DNA of 64,000 nt from Gemmatimonadota bacterium (GTDB taxonomy: Bacteria > Gemmatimonadota > Gemmatimonadetes > Longimicrobiales > Gaopeijiaceae): NCBI GenBank assembly GCA_034521595.1, contig JAXHMG010000003.1, positions 64,001 to 128,000 of the forward strand. Reading direction: 5' to 3'. The first letter of the stretch is position 1. Each line of letters begins with the position of its first letter. Position numbers and translations under genes: made by a program. The notes under the pieces are model-generated. The model saw only the letters and a program-made list of their open reading frames with translations. It was not told where the DNA came from and did not search any database. Shown in pieces: positions 28,729 through 37,461 of the stretch.

Positions 28729-29630
28729 CCCCTTTCGTGCCTCCCCGGGCGGCGCTCCTCGTGGCGGTCTTGGCCGTTTCGTGGGCCGGCCCGCTGGTCC
28801 GCCTCGCGACGGCGCCGGCGTTGTCGGTCGCGCTCTGGCGCATGCTGTTTTCGATGGTGCTCATCGGCCTCGTCGTCGTGGCTCGTGGCTCGCTGCTGCG
28901 CGGTGTCCGCCTCTCGGCCCGCGAATGGACCCTGGCCGTGGGTGCGGGGATCCTGCTCGCGGGGCACTTCTGGAGCTGGATCGCTTCACTTCGTTACACG
29001 AGCGTCGCGAGCTCCGTGGTCCTGGTGTCGCTGCAACCCTTCATCGTCGCGATCCTCTCGGCGCTGCTCCTTCGGGAACGACCGACGCGAGCCCAGTGGA
29101 CGGGAATCCTGGTGGCGGTAGGGGGCGCGGCCACGGTCGGTTGGGGCGATTTCACGCTCGGTGCCCGTGCCCTGTTCGGAGACGGGCTGGCGTTCTTCGC
29201 CGCTTGGCTGGTCGCTGGATATTATCTCGCCGGTCGCGTCCTCCGTCGGAGGCTCGATCTCTGGGCCTACATCGCCGTGGTCTACGGCATCGCCGCGCTG
29301 GTCCTGTCCGTCGCGGTGCTCGTCACTCCGGACGTACCCTTCACGGGGTTCCCGCTCGGCGACTGGTTCGTGTTTCTCGCACTCGCGGCGGGACCCATGA
29401 TGCTCGGCCATACCGGCGTCAACTATGCGATCCGGTACGTGCCGGCGTACATCGCCAATCTGGTGCTTCTCGGTGAGCCGATCGGGGCGACGTTGATCGC
29501 CTGGCTTCTTCCGGCGATCGCCGAAGTCCCGCCCCCGCAGACGCTCGTCGGGGGCGCGTTCATCCTACTGGGGATCGCCCTCGGCACGGCCGGAGGACCA
29601 GGGTCGCGCCGAGCTCGAGCGAGGACGTGA
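28725..29630 (+). CDS. DMT/EamA-family transporter
   Basis: About 10 TM helices, HFWSWIASLRYTSVASS, GHTGVN, LGEPIGA. Confidence 0.92.
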   Translation: MTPFVPPRAALLVAVLAVSWAGPLVRLATAPALSVALWRMLFSMVLIGLVVVARGSLLRGVRLSAREWTLAVGAGILLAGHFWSWIASLRYTSVASSVVLVSLQPFIVAILSALLLRERPTRAQWTGILVAVGGAATVGWGDFTLGARALFGDGLAFFAAWLVAGYYLAGRVLRRRLDLWAYIAVVYGIAALVLSVAVLVTPDVPFTGFPLGDWFVFLALAAGPMMLGHTGVNYAIRYVPAYIANLVLLGEPIGATLIAWLLPAIAEVPPPQTLVGGAFILLGIALGTAGGPGSRRARART

Positions 29631-29714
29631 CGGGGCGGCGCCGCTCTGGCACGCATCCGTCGGTATGGCGAAGGTTGGGGTCGGTAGCGAGACGACCCAC
29701 AGGAGGCGGACCAC

Positions 29715-31076
29715 ATGAGCGACCGAGAGAGCGAAACCCCCACCGTATCGATGCCGACCGGAAGCGGGAGGCGCGGGGCGGAGCGGGAGACCCTGCGCAC
29801 GGCTGAAACGGCGGCGAGCGCGATCGACGAGGCGCCTCCCGAGAAGATGACACCGTTCGAAGCGGTCAACTTCCAGTTCGACCGGGCTGCGAGGGTGATG
29901 GGCCTCCCGGAGTACCTCCAGGTAGCGCTCAAGACGCCGTATCGCGAAGTCCTCGTGGAAATCCCGCTCGTCGACGAGGACGGCCGCATCACCACGTTCC
30001 ACGGCTATCGGGTCCAGCACAACAACGCCCGAGGGCCCATGAAGGGAGGGCTGCGCTACCATCCCGACGTCGATCTCGACGAGGCGCGCGCGTTGGGGTC
30101 GCTGATGACCTGGAAGACCGCGCTCGTCGACATCCCCTATGGTGGGGCCAAGGGGGGCATCGACCTCGATCCCCGGAAGCTCCGTCCCGACCAGGTGGAA
30201 CGGGTGACTCGCACGTTCATCGAGCGCATTCATCACCTCATCGGACCCAACGAGGACATCCCGGCTCCGGATGTGAACACCAATCCTCAAGTCATGGCCT
30301 GGATCGTCGACGAGTACTCGAAGTTCCACGGCTTCACCCCGGCGGTGGTCACGGGCAAGCCACTCGAGGTCGGAGGGTCACCGGGACGCAACTCCGCGAC
30401 AGGACGGGGCGTCGCGGCCGTGACGGCCCGGGCGGTCGCCGACCTCGAGCTCGACCTGAGAGGGACGACGGTCGCCGTGCAGGGGTTCGGTAACGTGGGA
30501 AGCTGGGCGGCTCACTTCCTCGCGGAGATGGGGGCCAAGGTGGTCGCCGTCAGCGATGTGAACGGGGGGATCTTCAACGCCGAAGGCCTGGACGTGGACG
30601 GGCTCCGCGCATTGGTCGAAGCCGGCCGGAGCGTGGTCGAGCACGAAGACGCCGAGCACATCGACAACGACGCGCTCCTCACTTCCGAGGTCGACGTGCT
30701 CATCCCGGCGGCGCTCGGAGGCGTGCTCCACCGGGGTAATGCCCGCGACGTGCGGGCCCGGCTCGTCGTGGAGGGAGCGAATGCCCCGACGACGCCGGGA
30801 GCGGACGCGATCCTCCACGAGCGGGGCGTCACCGTCGTTCCGGACATTCTCGCCAATGCCGGAGGGGTGACGGTCAGCTATTTCGAGTGGGTTCAGAACC
30901 TGCAGCAGTTCCGCTGGACGGCCGAGCAGGTCGATAGCCAGCTTGCTCAGACGCTCGAGGAGGCGTACGACAACGTTGCCGAGACTGCCGGGAAGCACGG
31001 CATCACCCTTCGTACGGCGGCGTTCGTGGTCGCGATCGAGCGAGTCGCGGCGGCGATGAAGCTACGGGGGGTGTGA
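29715..31076 (+). CDS. gdhA: Glu/Leu/Phe/Val dehydrogenase (glutamate dehydrogenase-type)
   Basis: GPMKGGLRY, GGAKGG, PAPDVNT, QGFGNVG, PDILANAGGV. Confidence 0.9.
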   Translation: MSDRESETPTVSMPTGSGRRGAERETLRTAETAASAIDEAPPEKMTPFEAVNFQFDRAARVMGLPEYLQVALKTPYREVLVEIPLVDEDGRITTFHGYRVQHNNARGPMKGGLRYHPDVDLDEARALGSLMTWKTALVDIPYGGAKGGIDLDPRKLRPDQVERVTRTFIERIHHLIGPNEDIPAPDVNTNPQVMAWIVDEYSKFHGFTPAVVTGKPLEVGGSPGRNSATGRGVAAVTARAVADLELDLRGTTVAVQGFGNVGSWAAHFLAEMGAKVVAVSDVNGGIFNAEGLDVDGLRALVEAGRSVVEHEDAEHIDNDALLTSEVDVLIPAALGGVLHRGNARDVRARLVVEGANAPTTPGADAILHERGVTVVPDILANAGGVTVSYFEWVQNLQQFRWTAEQVDSQLAQTLEEAYDNVAETAGKHGITLRTAAFVVAIERVAAAMKLRGV

Positions 31077-31080
31077 CGGC

Positions 31081-31419
31081 GTGGAGGAGATCGGATGGGA
31101 CGATTTCACGCGCGTGGAGCTGCGCGTGGGGCGGGTGCTGGAAGCGGTGCCGTTCCCGGAAGCGCACCGACCGGCGTACAGGTTGAGGGTGGATTTCGGG
31201 CCGGAGATCGGGGTGCGGAACTCGAGCGCGCGCATCACTGAGCGCTATGAGCTGGACGAGCTCGAAGGTCGGTTGGTCGTGGGGGTGGTCAACTTCCCGC
31301 CCAAGCAGATCGGCCCGATGATGTCGGAGTGCCTCGTCACCGGCTTTCACGACGCGGAGGGTGGGGTCGTTCTGTGCGTGCCGGAAGCGGACGTTCCGCT
31401 CGGTGCGAAGCTGCTTTGA
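31081..31419 (+). CDS. csaA: tRNA-binding/export chaperone CsaA
   Basis: ELRVG, DFGPEIG, VVNFPPKQIG..MSECLVTG. Confidence 0.92.
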   Translation: MEEIGWDDFTRVELRVGRVLEAVPFPEAHRPAYRLRVDFGPEIGVRNSSARITERYELDELEGRLVVGVVNFPPKQIGPMMSECLVTGFHDAEGGVVLCVPEADVPLGAKLL

Positions 31420-32012
31420 GCAAGGCCGAAAGACGAGACGATGAAAAGCGATCGAACGAGGACGGGACCTTGTCGTTAGGAGCCGATGTCCATGCGGCTC
31501 TCGCGGCCGGACGAGCGGTGGGCGGGTCGGTGCTGCTCGCCGTGGCGCTCGTCGGATGTGAGGGCTCCGGGCCGGAGCCCACCCCGGAGCGGGATGCGGT
31601 CGAAGCGTTGGTCCACGATCACGCTCGGGCGTGGATGACGGGCGATACCGCGCTCCTGCGCCGCATCATGCATCCCGACGCCCGGCTGGCGTACCCGCGC
31701 CGCCGCGTCGACCGGGAGACCTGGATCGAGGAGCTGGCCGCGTTTCACGAGCAGAATGTCGATACCCGGGTCTATGTCCACCGCGTGGTCGTGGAGGACA
31801 GCACCTTCGCCGTGGAGTGGCAGTTCGCGACGACCGAGCGAGAATCCGGGGCGCGAACCGCCGTGGGCGACGCGATCATCGGCGAGGTGCGGGACGGGCG
31901 CATCGTGCTCTGGAAGGAGTACCTCGACGGTCGGATCTTCGCGCTGCAGCGCTCCGGGGAGCTTCCGCTCGACGAGGGGGAGGAGCCCTACCCCTGGCCG
32001 CGGGTGCCATGA
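31416..32012 (+). CDS. NTF2/SnoaL-like lipoprotein; start uncertain
   Basis: Lipobox LVGC, FAVEWQF, GRIVLWKEYLD. Confidence 0.75.
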   Translation: MSKAERRDDEKRSNEDGTLSLGADVHAALAAGRAVGGSVLLAVALVGCEGSGPEPTPERDAVEALVHDHARAWMTGDTALLRRIMHPDARLAYPRRRVDRETWIEELAAFHEQNVDTRVYVHRVVVEDSTFAVEWQFATTERESGARTAVGDAIIGEVRDGRIVLWKEYLDGRIFALQRSGELPLDEGEEPYPWPRVP

Positions 32013-32024
32013 CGAGCCGCGCCT

Positions 32025-33155
32025 TCAACGGTCGAAGTACGCTTGCAGAGCTTCGGTCTCCGTCGTGCGTGTCATCGCCAACATGAGGAGGACCCGGGCC
32101 TTCTGGGGACTCAGGTTGTCGGCGAGCACGACACCGGCGTCGAGGAGCTCGATGTTGTTCGAATACAGTGGGACGACGCGTCCGGTGAGGACGCGGGTGC
32201 TCGTCACGACGGGAATGCCGCGCGCCCTGACTTCCTCGATCGCCGCGACGGAGCCGCTGCTCACGTGACCCAGGCCGACGCCCGCGACCACGAGGCCATC
32301 CATCGTGTCCTGTTCCAAGAGGGCACGGATGACGCGGCCGTCGGACCCCGCGTACTCCATGACGATCTCAACGGTGGGGAGCTCGTCGTCGGCTCGCAGA
32401 GGGATGGTCTGGCGACGCGTGGGGCTCCGGTAGAAGCGGACTTCTTCGACGTCCGCAACGCCGAGTAGACCGAAGTCGAGCGTCTGGAAGGTTTCCACCC
32501 TCATGGTATTCGTCTTGGTAACCTCTCGGGCGGCGTTGATCTGGCCGTTCATGACGACCATGGCGCCCTTGCCCACCGCTTCCGGAGACACGGCGACACG
32601 GACCGCGTTCAGCAAGTTCCTCGGGCCGTCGCTGTCCTCCTCCATGGCCGAGCGCTGGGCACCGATCACGATGACCGGCTTGTCACTCCGGACGGTCAGG
32701 TCGAGGAAATAGGCGGTCTCCTCCAGGGTGTCGGTGCCGTGCGTGACGATCACGCCCGCCACGTCCGGCTCGGCCAGGAGAGCGTTCGTGCGGCGTTCCA
32801 GCTGTCGCCACGTGTCGGGCGTCATGTCCCAGGAGTTCACGTTCGCGATCTGTTCCACGCTCATGCGCGCGAGGTCTTCGAGCTCCGGGACGGCTTCCAC
32901 GATCTCGTCCCCCGTCAGCGCCGCTCGCAGCGCTCCGGCCTCTTCGTCGTACCGGCTCGCGATGGTTCCCCCGGTCGCGAGAACCACGACCCTGGGAAGT
33001 GCTTCGTCCTGGGCGCCGCCTCCTTCGACCTGTGCGTGAGCAGTAGGGGGGGTGGGCAGGGCGGTCAGTGCCATGAGAGCGATCAGCGTGAGCGCTCGGG
33101 GGACGGGGGTCCGGTCGGCGGTGACGGTGTGGGCGGTCGCTGCAGAGTGGGACAT
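32025..33155 (-). CDS. Secreted type II L-asparaginase/glutaminase, second paralog
   Basis: Signal peptide, ATGGTIA, THGTDTLEETAY, DGPRNL, NLSPQKARVLL. Confidence 0.92.
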   Translation of the reverse strand: MSHSAATAHTVTADRTPVPRALTLIALMALTALPTPPTAHAQVEGGGAQDEALPRVVVLATGGTIASRYDEEAGALRAALTGDEIVEAVPELEDLARMSVEQIANVNSWDMTPDTWRQLERRTNALLAEPDVAGVIVTHGTDTLEETAYFLDLTVRSDKPVIVIGAQRSAMEEDSDGPRNLLNAVRVAVSPEAVGKGAMVVMNGQINAAREVTKTNTMRVETFQTLDFGLLGVADVEEVRFYRSPTRRQTIPLRADDELPTVEIVMEYAGSDGRVIRALLEQDTMDGLVVAGVGLGHVSSGSVAAIEEVRARGIPVVTSTRVLTGRVVPLYSNNIELLDAGVVLADNLSPQKARVLLMLAMTRTTETEALQAYFDR

Positions 33156-33391
33156 GAGCGGCTCCGGGTTCAGGGGCGTGGCTCGCGTCGGCGTCTCGAT
33201 GCTCCGGCGCGTGGTCTGGGGACAATCGATAAGGGTTCGAAGGCCCGCACGCGAACGCGGCGAGCCGGCGGAGCCTGCGCTCGTCCCGCGGGGCCTTGTT
33301 CCCGGGGAGGGGGCGCGTCACACTTCTCCGCTGACAATGCCGCGGCCGGCCGCGGCGGCCTGGAACACATTCGCACGCACCGGAGAGCGAC

Positions 33392-33742
33392 ATGATCGAC
33401 AACCTCGATTGGCGGTACCACCGCCCGGGCTGACAGAGCTGCAAGAAGACGCAAGAGTTTCTTGCGACGCACGGCATCGGCGACGGCCACCTCCGGAGCG
33501 CGACCGCCGACCCCATCGAGGGTCGGGCCGCGCTCGAGCTCCTGGAGGGCATCGACGAGCTCTGGGTGGCGAAGGGGCGTAAGATCGTGCGCTATGACCT
33601 CCGGTCCGAGCGGCCTTCGGACGATGAGCTCCTCGGTTCCATGCTGGGTCGGTCGGGCAAGCTGCGGGCACCGACGAGCCGGGTCGGGAGGCTCCTTCTG
33701 GTCGGATACAACCAGGACTTGTTGGAGGAAGCTCTTCTCTGA
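33392..33742 (+). CDS. ArsC/Spx-like thioredoxin-fold selenoprotein (Sec at codon 14, UxxC); not in the ORF track
   Basis: GGAG RBS. MIDNLDWRYHRPG-TGA-QSCKKTQEFL...VAKGRKIV...LGRSGKLRAPTSRVGRLLLVGYNQDLLEEALL, 116 aa by readthrough, filling an otherwise empty gap. Confidence 0.85.
33441..33465 (+). promoter_or_regulatory. Candidate bacterial SECIS hairpin
   Basis: GCAAGAAGAC-GCAAGA-GTTTCTTGC stem-loop starting 7 nt after the in-frame TGA (33431-33433); the apical loop begins with G. Confidence 0.65.
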
Positions 33743-33963
33743 CTTGACTTCTCGCCCTTTAGAAGCGAGCCTTGTCCCCAACCGGAACCGGACTCTGTTC
33801 GGTCCACGAAAATACGTAAGCGAAGGCGGTGGCTTTCGAGAGTCATTCGCCTATGAGCATGTGGCCGAGGTGGCCACACCCCGCGCGGGGTGACCGCGCA
33901 AGTATGGTGTCGGGAAGTACGGATCATCCGAAACTCCGACCATCGAACATCCAAGGGAGCGCG

Positions 33964-34176
33964 ATGATGCGTACCAGAGGAACTGTGAAGTGGTTCAATG
34001 ACCAGAAGGGCTTCGGCTTCATCAGCCCGGAGGACGGAAGCAAGGACTGCTTCGTCCACCACAGCGCCATTCAGATGGAGGGCTTCAAGAGCCTGACCGA
34101 AGGCGCCACCGTCGAATTCGACGTGGTCGAGGGTGCCAAGGGCCCAGCCGCGGAGAACGTGGTGGAGCTCTCGTAG
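33964..34176 (+). CDS. cspA: Cold-shock protein
   Basis: GTVKWFN..KGFGFI (RNP1), FVHHSAI (RNP2). Paralog name is generic. Confidence 0.95.
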   Translation: MMRTRGTVKWFNDQKGFGFISPEDGSKDCFVHHSAIQMEGFKSLTEGATVEFDVVEGAKGPAAENVVELS

Positions 34177-34201
34177 GGTCATAGGTACCACGGTACCTCT
34201 G

Positions 34202-34241
34202 CGGGCCGTCCCGGAGTCACTCCGGGACGGCCCGTTTTTTT
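34202..34241 (+). terminator. Rho-independent terminator
   Basis: CGGGCCGTCCCGGAG-TCA-CTCCGGGACGGCCCG followed by T7. Confidence 0.92.
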
Positions 34242-34277
34242 GTGCTCAACACTCGCCATCTTGGCCGTGTCTTTATA

Positions 34278-34296
34278 GTGGTATATGATATACCAC
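34278..34296. promoter_or_regulatory. Candidate Rrf2/NsrR-type operator
   Basis: Perfect 9-1-9 palindrome GTGGTATAT-G-ATATACCAC, 32 nt upstream of the Rrf2 ATG. Confidence 0.7.
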
Positions 34297-34328
34297 GTTT
34301 GGCACACCACTTTAGCGAGTCGTCCTCG

Positions 34329-34778
34329 ATGAGGCTTTCCAGGTTTACCGATATCGGGCTCCGAGCCCTCATGTATATCGCCGCGCAGGGCCGCAACGTC
34401 TCTGCGCGAGAGGTGGCGGACGCCTACGGCGTCTCACGCGACCACGTGACCAAGAGCATGCAAGGTCTCGTGGCACTCGGGGCATTGAGCTCGACACCGG
34501 GAAGGAACGGGGGGTTCGCGTTGGATGCGGACCCATCGACGCTCCGCCTCGGAGATCTCGTGCGCAGCCTCGAGCCGAGCCTGGCGATCGCGGAGTGCTT
34601 CGGAGAGGATTCCACCTGCCCGCTCACGGACGACTGTGCGCTGGCGTCCGCCCTGTTCCAAGCACGCGAGGCGTTCTTCGTCTCGCTTGATCGCTACACC
34701 TTGGCCGATCTGGTCTCCGGGACGTATCAAGGCCTGGTTCAGATCGCTCCGCGGGAGCTGGAGGTGGCTCGTGCGTAA
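34329..34778 (+). CDS. Rrf2-family Fe-S regulator, NsrR-like
   Basis: MRLSRFTDIGLRALMY, GRNGGFAL, three Cys in ECFGEDSTCPLTDDCAL. Confidence 0.9.
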   Translation: MRLSRFTDIGLRALMYIAAQGRNVSAREVADAYGVSRDHVTKSMQGLVALGALSSTPGRNGGFALDADPSTLRLGDLVRSLEPSLAIAECFGEDSTCPLTDDCALASALFQAREAFFVSLDRYTLADLVSGTYQGLVQIAPRELEVARA

Positions 34779-35190
34779 CGTCCGTGACGGCGTCACCGAG
34801 CCCCGCATCCGCGCCATGGTCGAGACGTTCTACGAACGCATTCGCGAAGACGAGGCGCTCGGACCGATCTTCGAAAGCCACATCGGGGGCACCTGGCCGG
34901 AGCACATGGACCGGATGGTCGACTTCTGGTCCAGCGTCCTGCTCGGCACCGCTCGGTTCCGCGGCAATCCGGCCGCGCGACACCATGCCATGGCCGAGCT
35001 CCGGCCCGAGCATTTCGACCGTTGGCTGGAGCTCTTCGAAGAAGTCCTCGGGGAGATCTTCGCGGAGCCCGATGCCACGGATATCCTCTGGCGTGCCCGA
35101 CGCATGCGCCACGTGCTCGACACCGGCTCGTCTCAGGATGCCACTTCCTCACACCTCACAGCTCTTTCCACGACGAGGGCAACACGATGA
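34771..35190 (+). CDS. Group III truncated hemoglobin
   Basis: VETFYERIR.D..LGPIF, WPEHM..MVDFWSSVLL, GNP...H, HFDRWLELF. Confidence 0.92.
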   Translation: MRNVRDGVTEPRIRAMVETFYERIREDEALGPIFESHIGGTWPEHMDRMVDFWSSVLLGTARFRGNPAARHHAMAELRPEHFDRWLELFEEVLGEIFAEPDATDILWRARRMRHVLDTGSSQDATSSHLTALSTTRATR

Positions 35191-36593
35191 TCATGACTTC
35201 GGAAAACCGATCGGAAATCAGGCCCGGTGCGGTCACTTCCCGAAGCCGGAGCAACCTGCTGGCGGCTATCGGGATCGGGCTCGCGGGGACGCTGTTCTCG
35301 GTCGTCCCCGCCGCGGGGCAGAGCTCCGGGGGAGCGTACGAGCATGTCGACGACGAAGGCTCTCCGGTCGACCCCATCGCGATCCTTCAGAAGCAGCTCG
35401 ACTCGGACGAGGCCGTGCTCGACTTCAAGGACGAGCAGGGCTATCTGGTCTCGCTCCTCGAGGCCCTCGACATCCCGGTTTCGTCGCAGGGGCTGATCTT
35501 CTCGAGGACGAGCCTGCAGACCAACCTGATCACGCCGTGGACACCCCGAGCCGTCTACTACAACGACGACGTGTACATCGGGTACGTGCAGGACAGCCCG
35601 ATCCTCGAGATCGCTTCCATCGATCCGGACGACGGCGGAGTGTTCTACACCCTCGAACAGGATCCGGACAGCGAGCCCGAGTTCAAGGAAGAGGGCACGA
35701 CGTGCTTGATGTGCCACGAGTCGCGGTCGGTGACCGACGGGGTGGCGGGCGTCATGGTGCGCTCGGTCGTCGTGGACCGGTTCGGCTATCCCATCTCGCC
35801 GTTGCACGAAGGCTCGACGACCGACCGCACACCGCTGGACCGCCGCTTCGCGGGGTGGTACGTCACCGGGACCCACGAAGGCGGCCCGCACGCGGGGAAC
35901 GCTTATGCCCCGGTGCTCAGCCACGAAGTTTCGGATGTGTCGGCTTACCTCGAGGAGTTCGATGTCAATGCCGACGGCAACGTCGTCGACCTGGAGGGTC
36001 GCTTCGACTCCGAGCCGTATCTCACCGCGCACAGCGACATCGTGAGCCTGATGGTGCTGACGCACCAGACCCGGGTGCACAACCTCATCACCGTCGCGCA
36101 CGAGGCGGCCAAGGAAGCCGTTGGTGGAGCGGCGATGTTGGCCCGGATGCGCGACGGTTCGATCCCCACCCCCGACATTCCGTCGAGGGCCCAGGTTCGT
36201 ATCAATGGAGCGGTGGAGCGGATGGTGCGCTCGATGCTCTTCGCCCGGGAGGCGCCGCTGCCGGGGCCGGTCGAGGGCACGTCGGGCTTCGAGGAAGAGT
36301 TCGAGGCGCGAGGCCCGTTCGACGACGAGGGGCGTTCGCTCCGCGAGTTCGACCTCGAGGAGCGTCTGTTCCGTTATCCGATGAGCTTCCTCATCTATTC
36401 GGACGCATTCGTGACGTTGCCGGACCTGATCAAGGAACCGTTCTATCGCCGCGTGGCGGAGATCCTGGACGGCCGGGACAGGACCGGGGAATACGACCAT
36501 CTCGACGAGTCCGATCGGACGGCCATTCGGGAGATCCTCGAGGCGACCAAGCCGGAATTCCTGGAGTTCACCGAGGAAGAGACGGCCCGATGA
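35187..36593 (+). CDS. Exported hypothetical protein with one CxxCH heme-c motif
   Basis: ATGA-coupled to the globin gene, signal-like helix, CLMCH, FSRTSLQ, RFAGWYVTG, SDIVSLMVL.HQ. Confidence 0.82.
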   Translation: MIMTSENRSEIRPGAVTSRSRSNLLAAIGIGLAGTLFSVVPAAGQSSGGAYEHVDDEGSPVDPIAILQKQLDSDEAVLDFKDEQGYLVSLLEALDIPVSSQGLIFSRTSLQTNLITPWTPRAVYYNDDVYIGYVQDSPILEIASIDPDDGGVFYTLEQDPDSEPEFKEEGTTCLMCHESRSVTDGVAGVMVRSVVVDRFGYPISPLHEGSTTDRTPLDRRFAGWYVTGTHEGGPHAGNAYAPVLSHEVSDVSAYLEEFDVNADGNVVDLEGRFDSEPYLTAHSDIVSLMVLTHQTRVHNLITVAHEAAKEAVGGAAMLARMRDGSIPTPDIPSRAQVRINGAVERMVRSMLFAREAPLPGPVEGTSGFEEEFEARGPFDDEGRSLREFDLEERLFRYPMSFLIYSDAFVTLPDLIKEPFYRRVAEILDGRDRTGEYDHLDESDRTAIREILEATKPEFLEFTEEETAR

Positions 36594-36597
36594 GGGA

Positions 36598-36642
36598 ATG
36601 GAGGGCCGGTCCGTGCCCGAGCGCGCGGGGCCGGCCCTCCAT
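36598..36642. terminator. GC-rich hairpin after the Rrf2 operon
   Basis: 12-bp stem ATGGAGGGCCGG / CCGGCCCTCCAT, no T-tract. Confidence 0.45.
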
Positions 36643-36652
36643 CGCCTGTGGT

Positions 36653-36930
36653 TAGCAGCCCGTGGCAGAAGTCTGGTGGGTCGCGCACGAGGGTCTTGCG
36701 GATATCGTACAAGGAAGAGCGACGAATGCGATGCCAAAGCATCGGGGAGGAGCTATGACGCCGTACGATGCCGCAACCCCCTCGTGCCCTTCGGGTTGGG
36801 GCGGCACGGCCCCATCTCCGTCGTTGCCACTCCTTGACGTAGCTCAGGGCTATGCCTTCGTCGTGTCGCCTAGGGTCTGGGGCCGTGGCGCTCCCAACGC
36901 GACCCACCAGACTTCTGCCACGGGCTGCTA
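36653..36930. mobile_element. Non-autonomous TIR element, copy 2 (shortest form, no inserted units)
   Basis: Perfect 33-bp TIR TAGCAGCCCGTGGCAGAAGTCTGGTGGGTCGCG, bounded by TTAG...CTAG, between convergent genes. Confidence 0.85.
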
Positions 36931-36947
36931 GTGAAGGCGCTTTGCCG

Positions 36948-37373
36948 CTACACCGGCCAGTCCTGGAGAATCCGCTCGGTCTCCTCGGCGTGCTCGCTCT
37001 CGTCCCGAACCATGTCCTCGAGCTGCACGGAGAGACCCTTGTCCCCGTAGGCGTCGGCCTCCTGGGCGCGCTTCGTGTAGTCTGCGACAGCTTTCCGTTC
37101 GGCCGTGAGGACGGCTTCGAGCATCTCCCGATTGGTGCTCGCCGCAGCGATCTCACGGGGGCGGGTCGTCGGCTCGCCCCCGAGGGCGACGATCTTGTTG
37201 GCGAGGAACTGAGCGTGCGTCTGCTCGTCGGCGACCTCCGCGAGGAAGAACTCGGAGAGCTGGGGACGGTAGGGCCCGGACGCCTTGGCCGCGTACGTCA
37301 GATATTGGATGATGGCCGAGAGCTCTCCCGTCAGGTCTTCGTTCAGCTTGTCGATCAGGGTCTGCTTGTTCAC
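36948..37373 (-). CDS. Ferritin-like (bacterioferritin-related) protein
   Basis: GGAGG RBS, GELSAIIQY, DEQTHA, AERKAV..Y, DESEH di-iron pattern. Confidence 0.88.
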   Translation of the reverse strand: MNKQTLIDKLNEDLTGELSAIIQYLTYAAKASGPYRPQLSEFFLAEVADEQTHAQFLANKIVALGGEPTTRPREIAAASTNREMLEAVLTAERKAVADYTKRAQEADAYGDKGLSVQLEDMVRDESEHAEETERILQDWPV

Positions 37374-37461
37374 GGAGTTCCTCCCTCCTCGGTGGGATAG
37401 CGGTCCTGGGACCTCGAGCATTCTCGAAAGGTGATGCGCTCGGGGGGATCGGGCCAGCCCG

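Noticed and set aside
33743-33963. Riboswitch or sRNA in the long csp leader
   Set aside because: Long leaders are normal for csp genes and I recognise no specific RNA family motif.
34299-34318. TTGGCAC as a sigma54 promoter before the Rrf2 gene
   Set aside because: The GC lies 12 nt after GG instead of the required 10.
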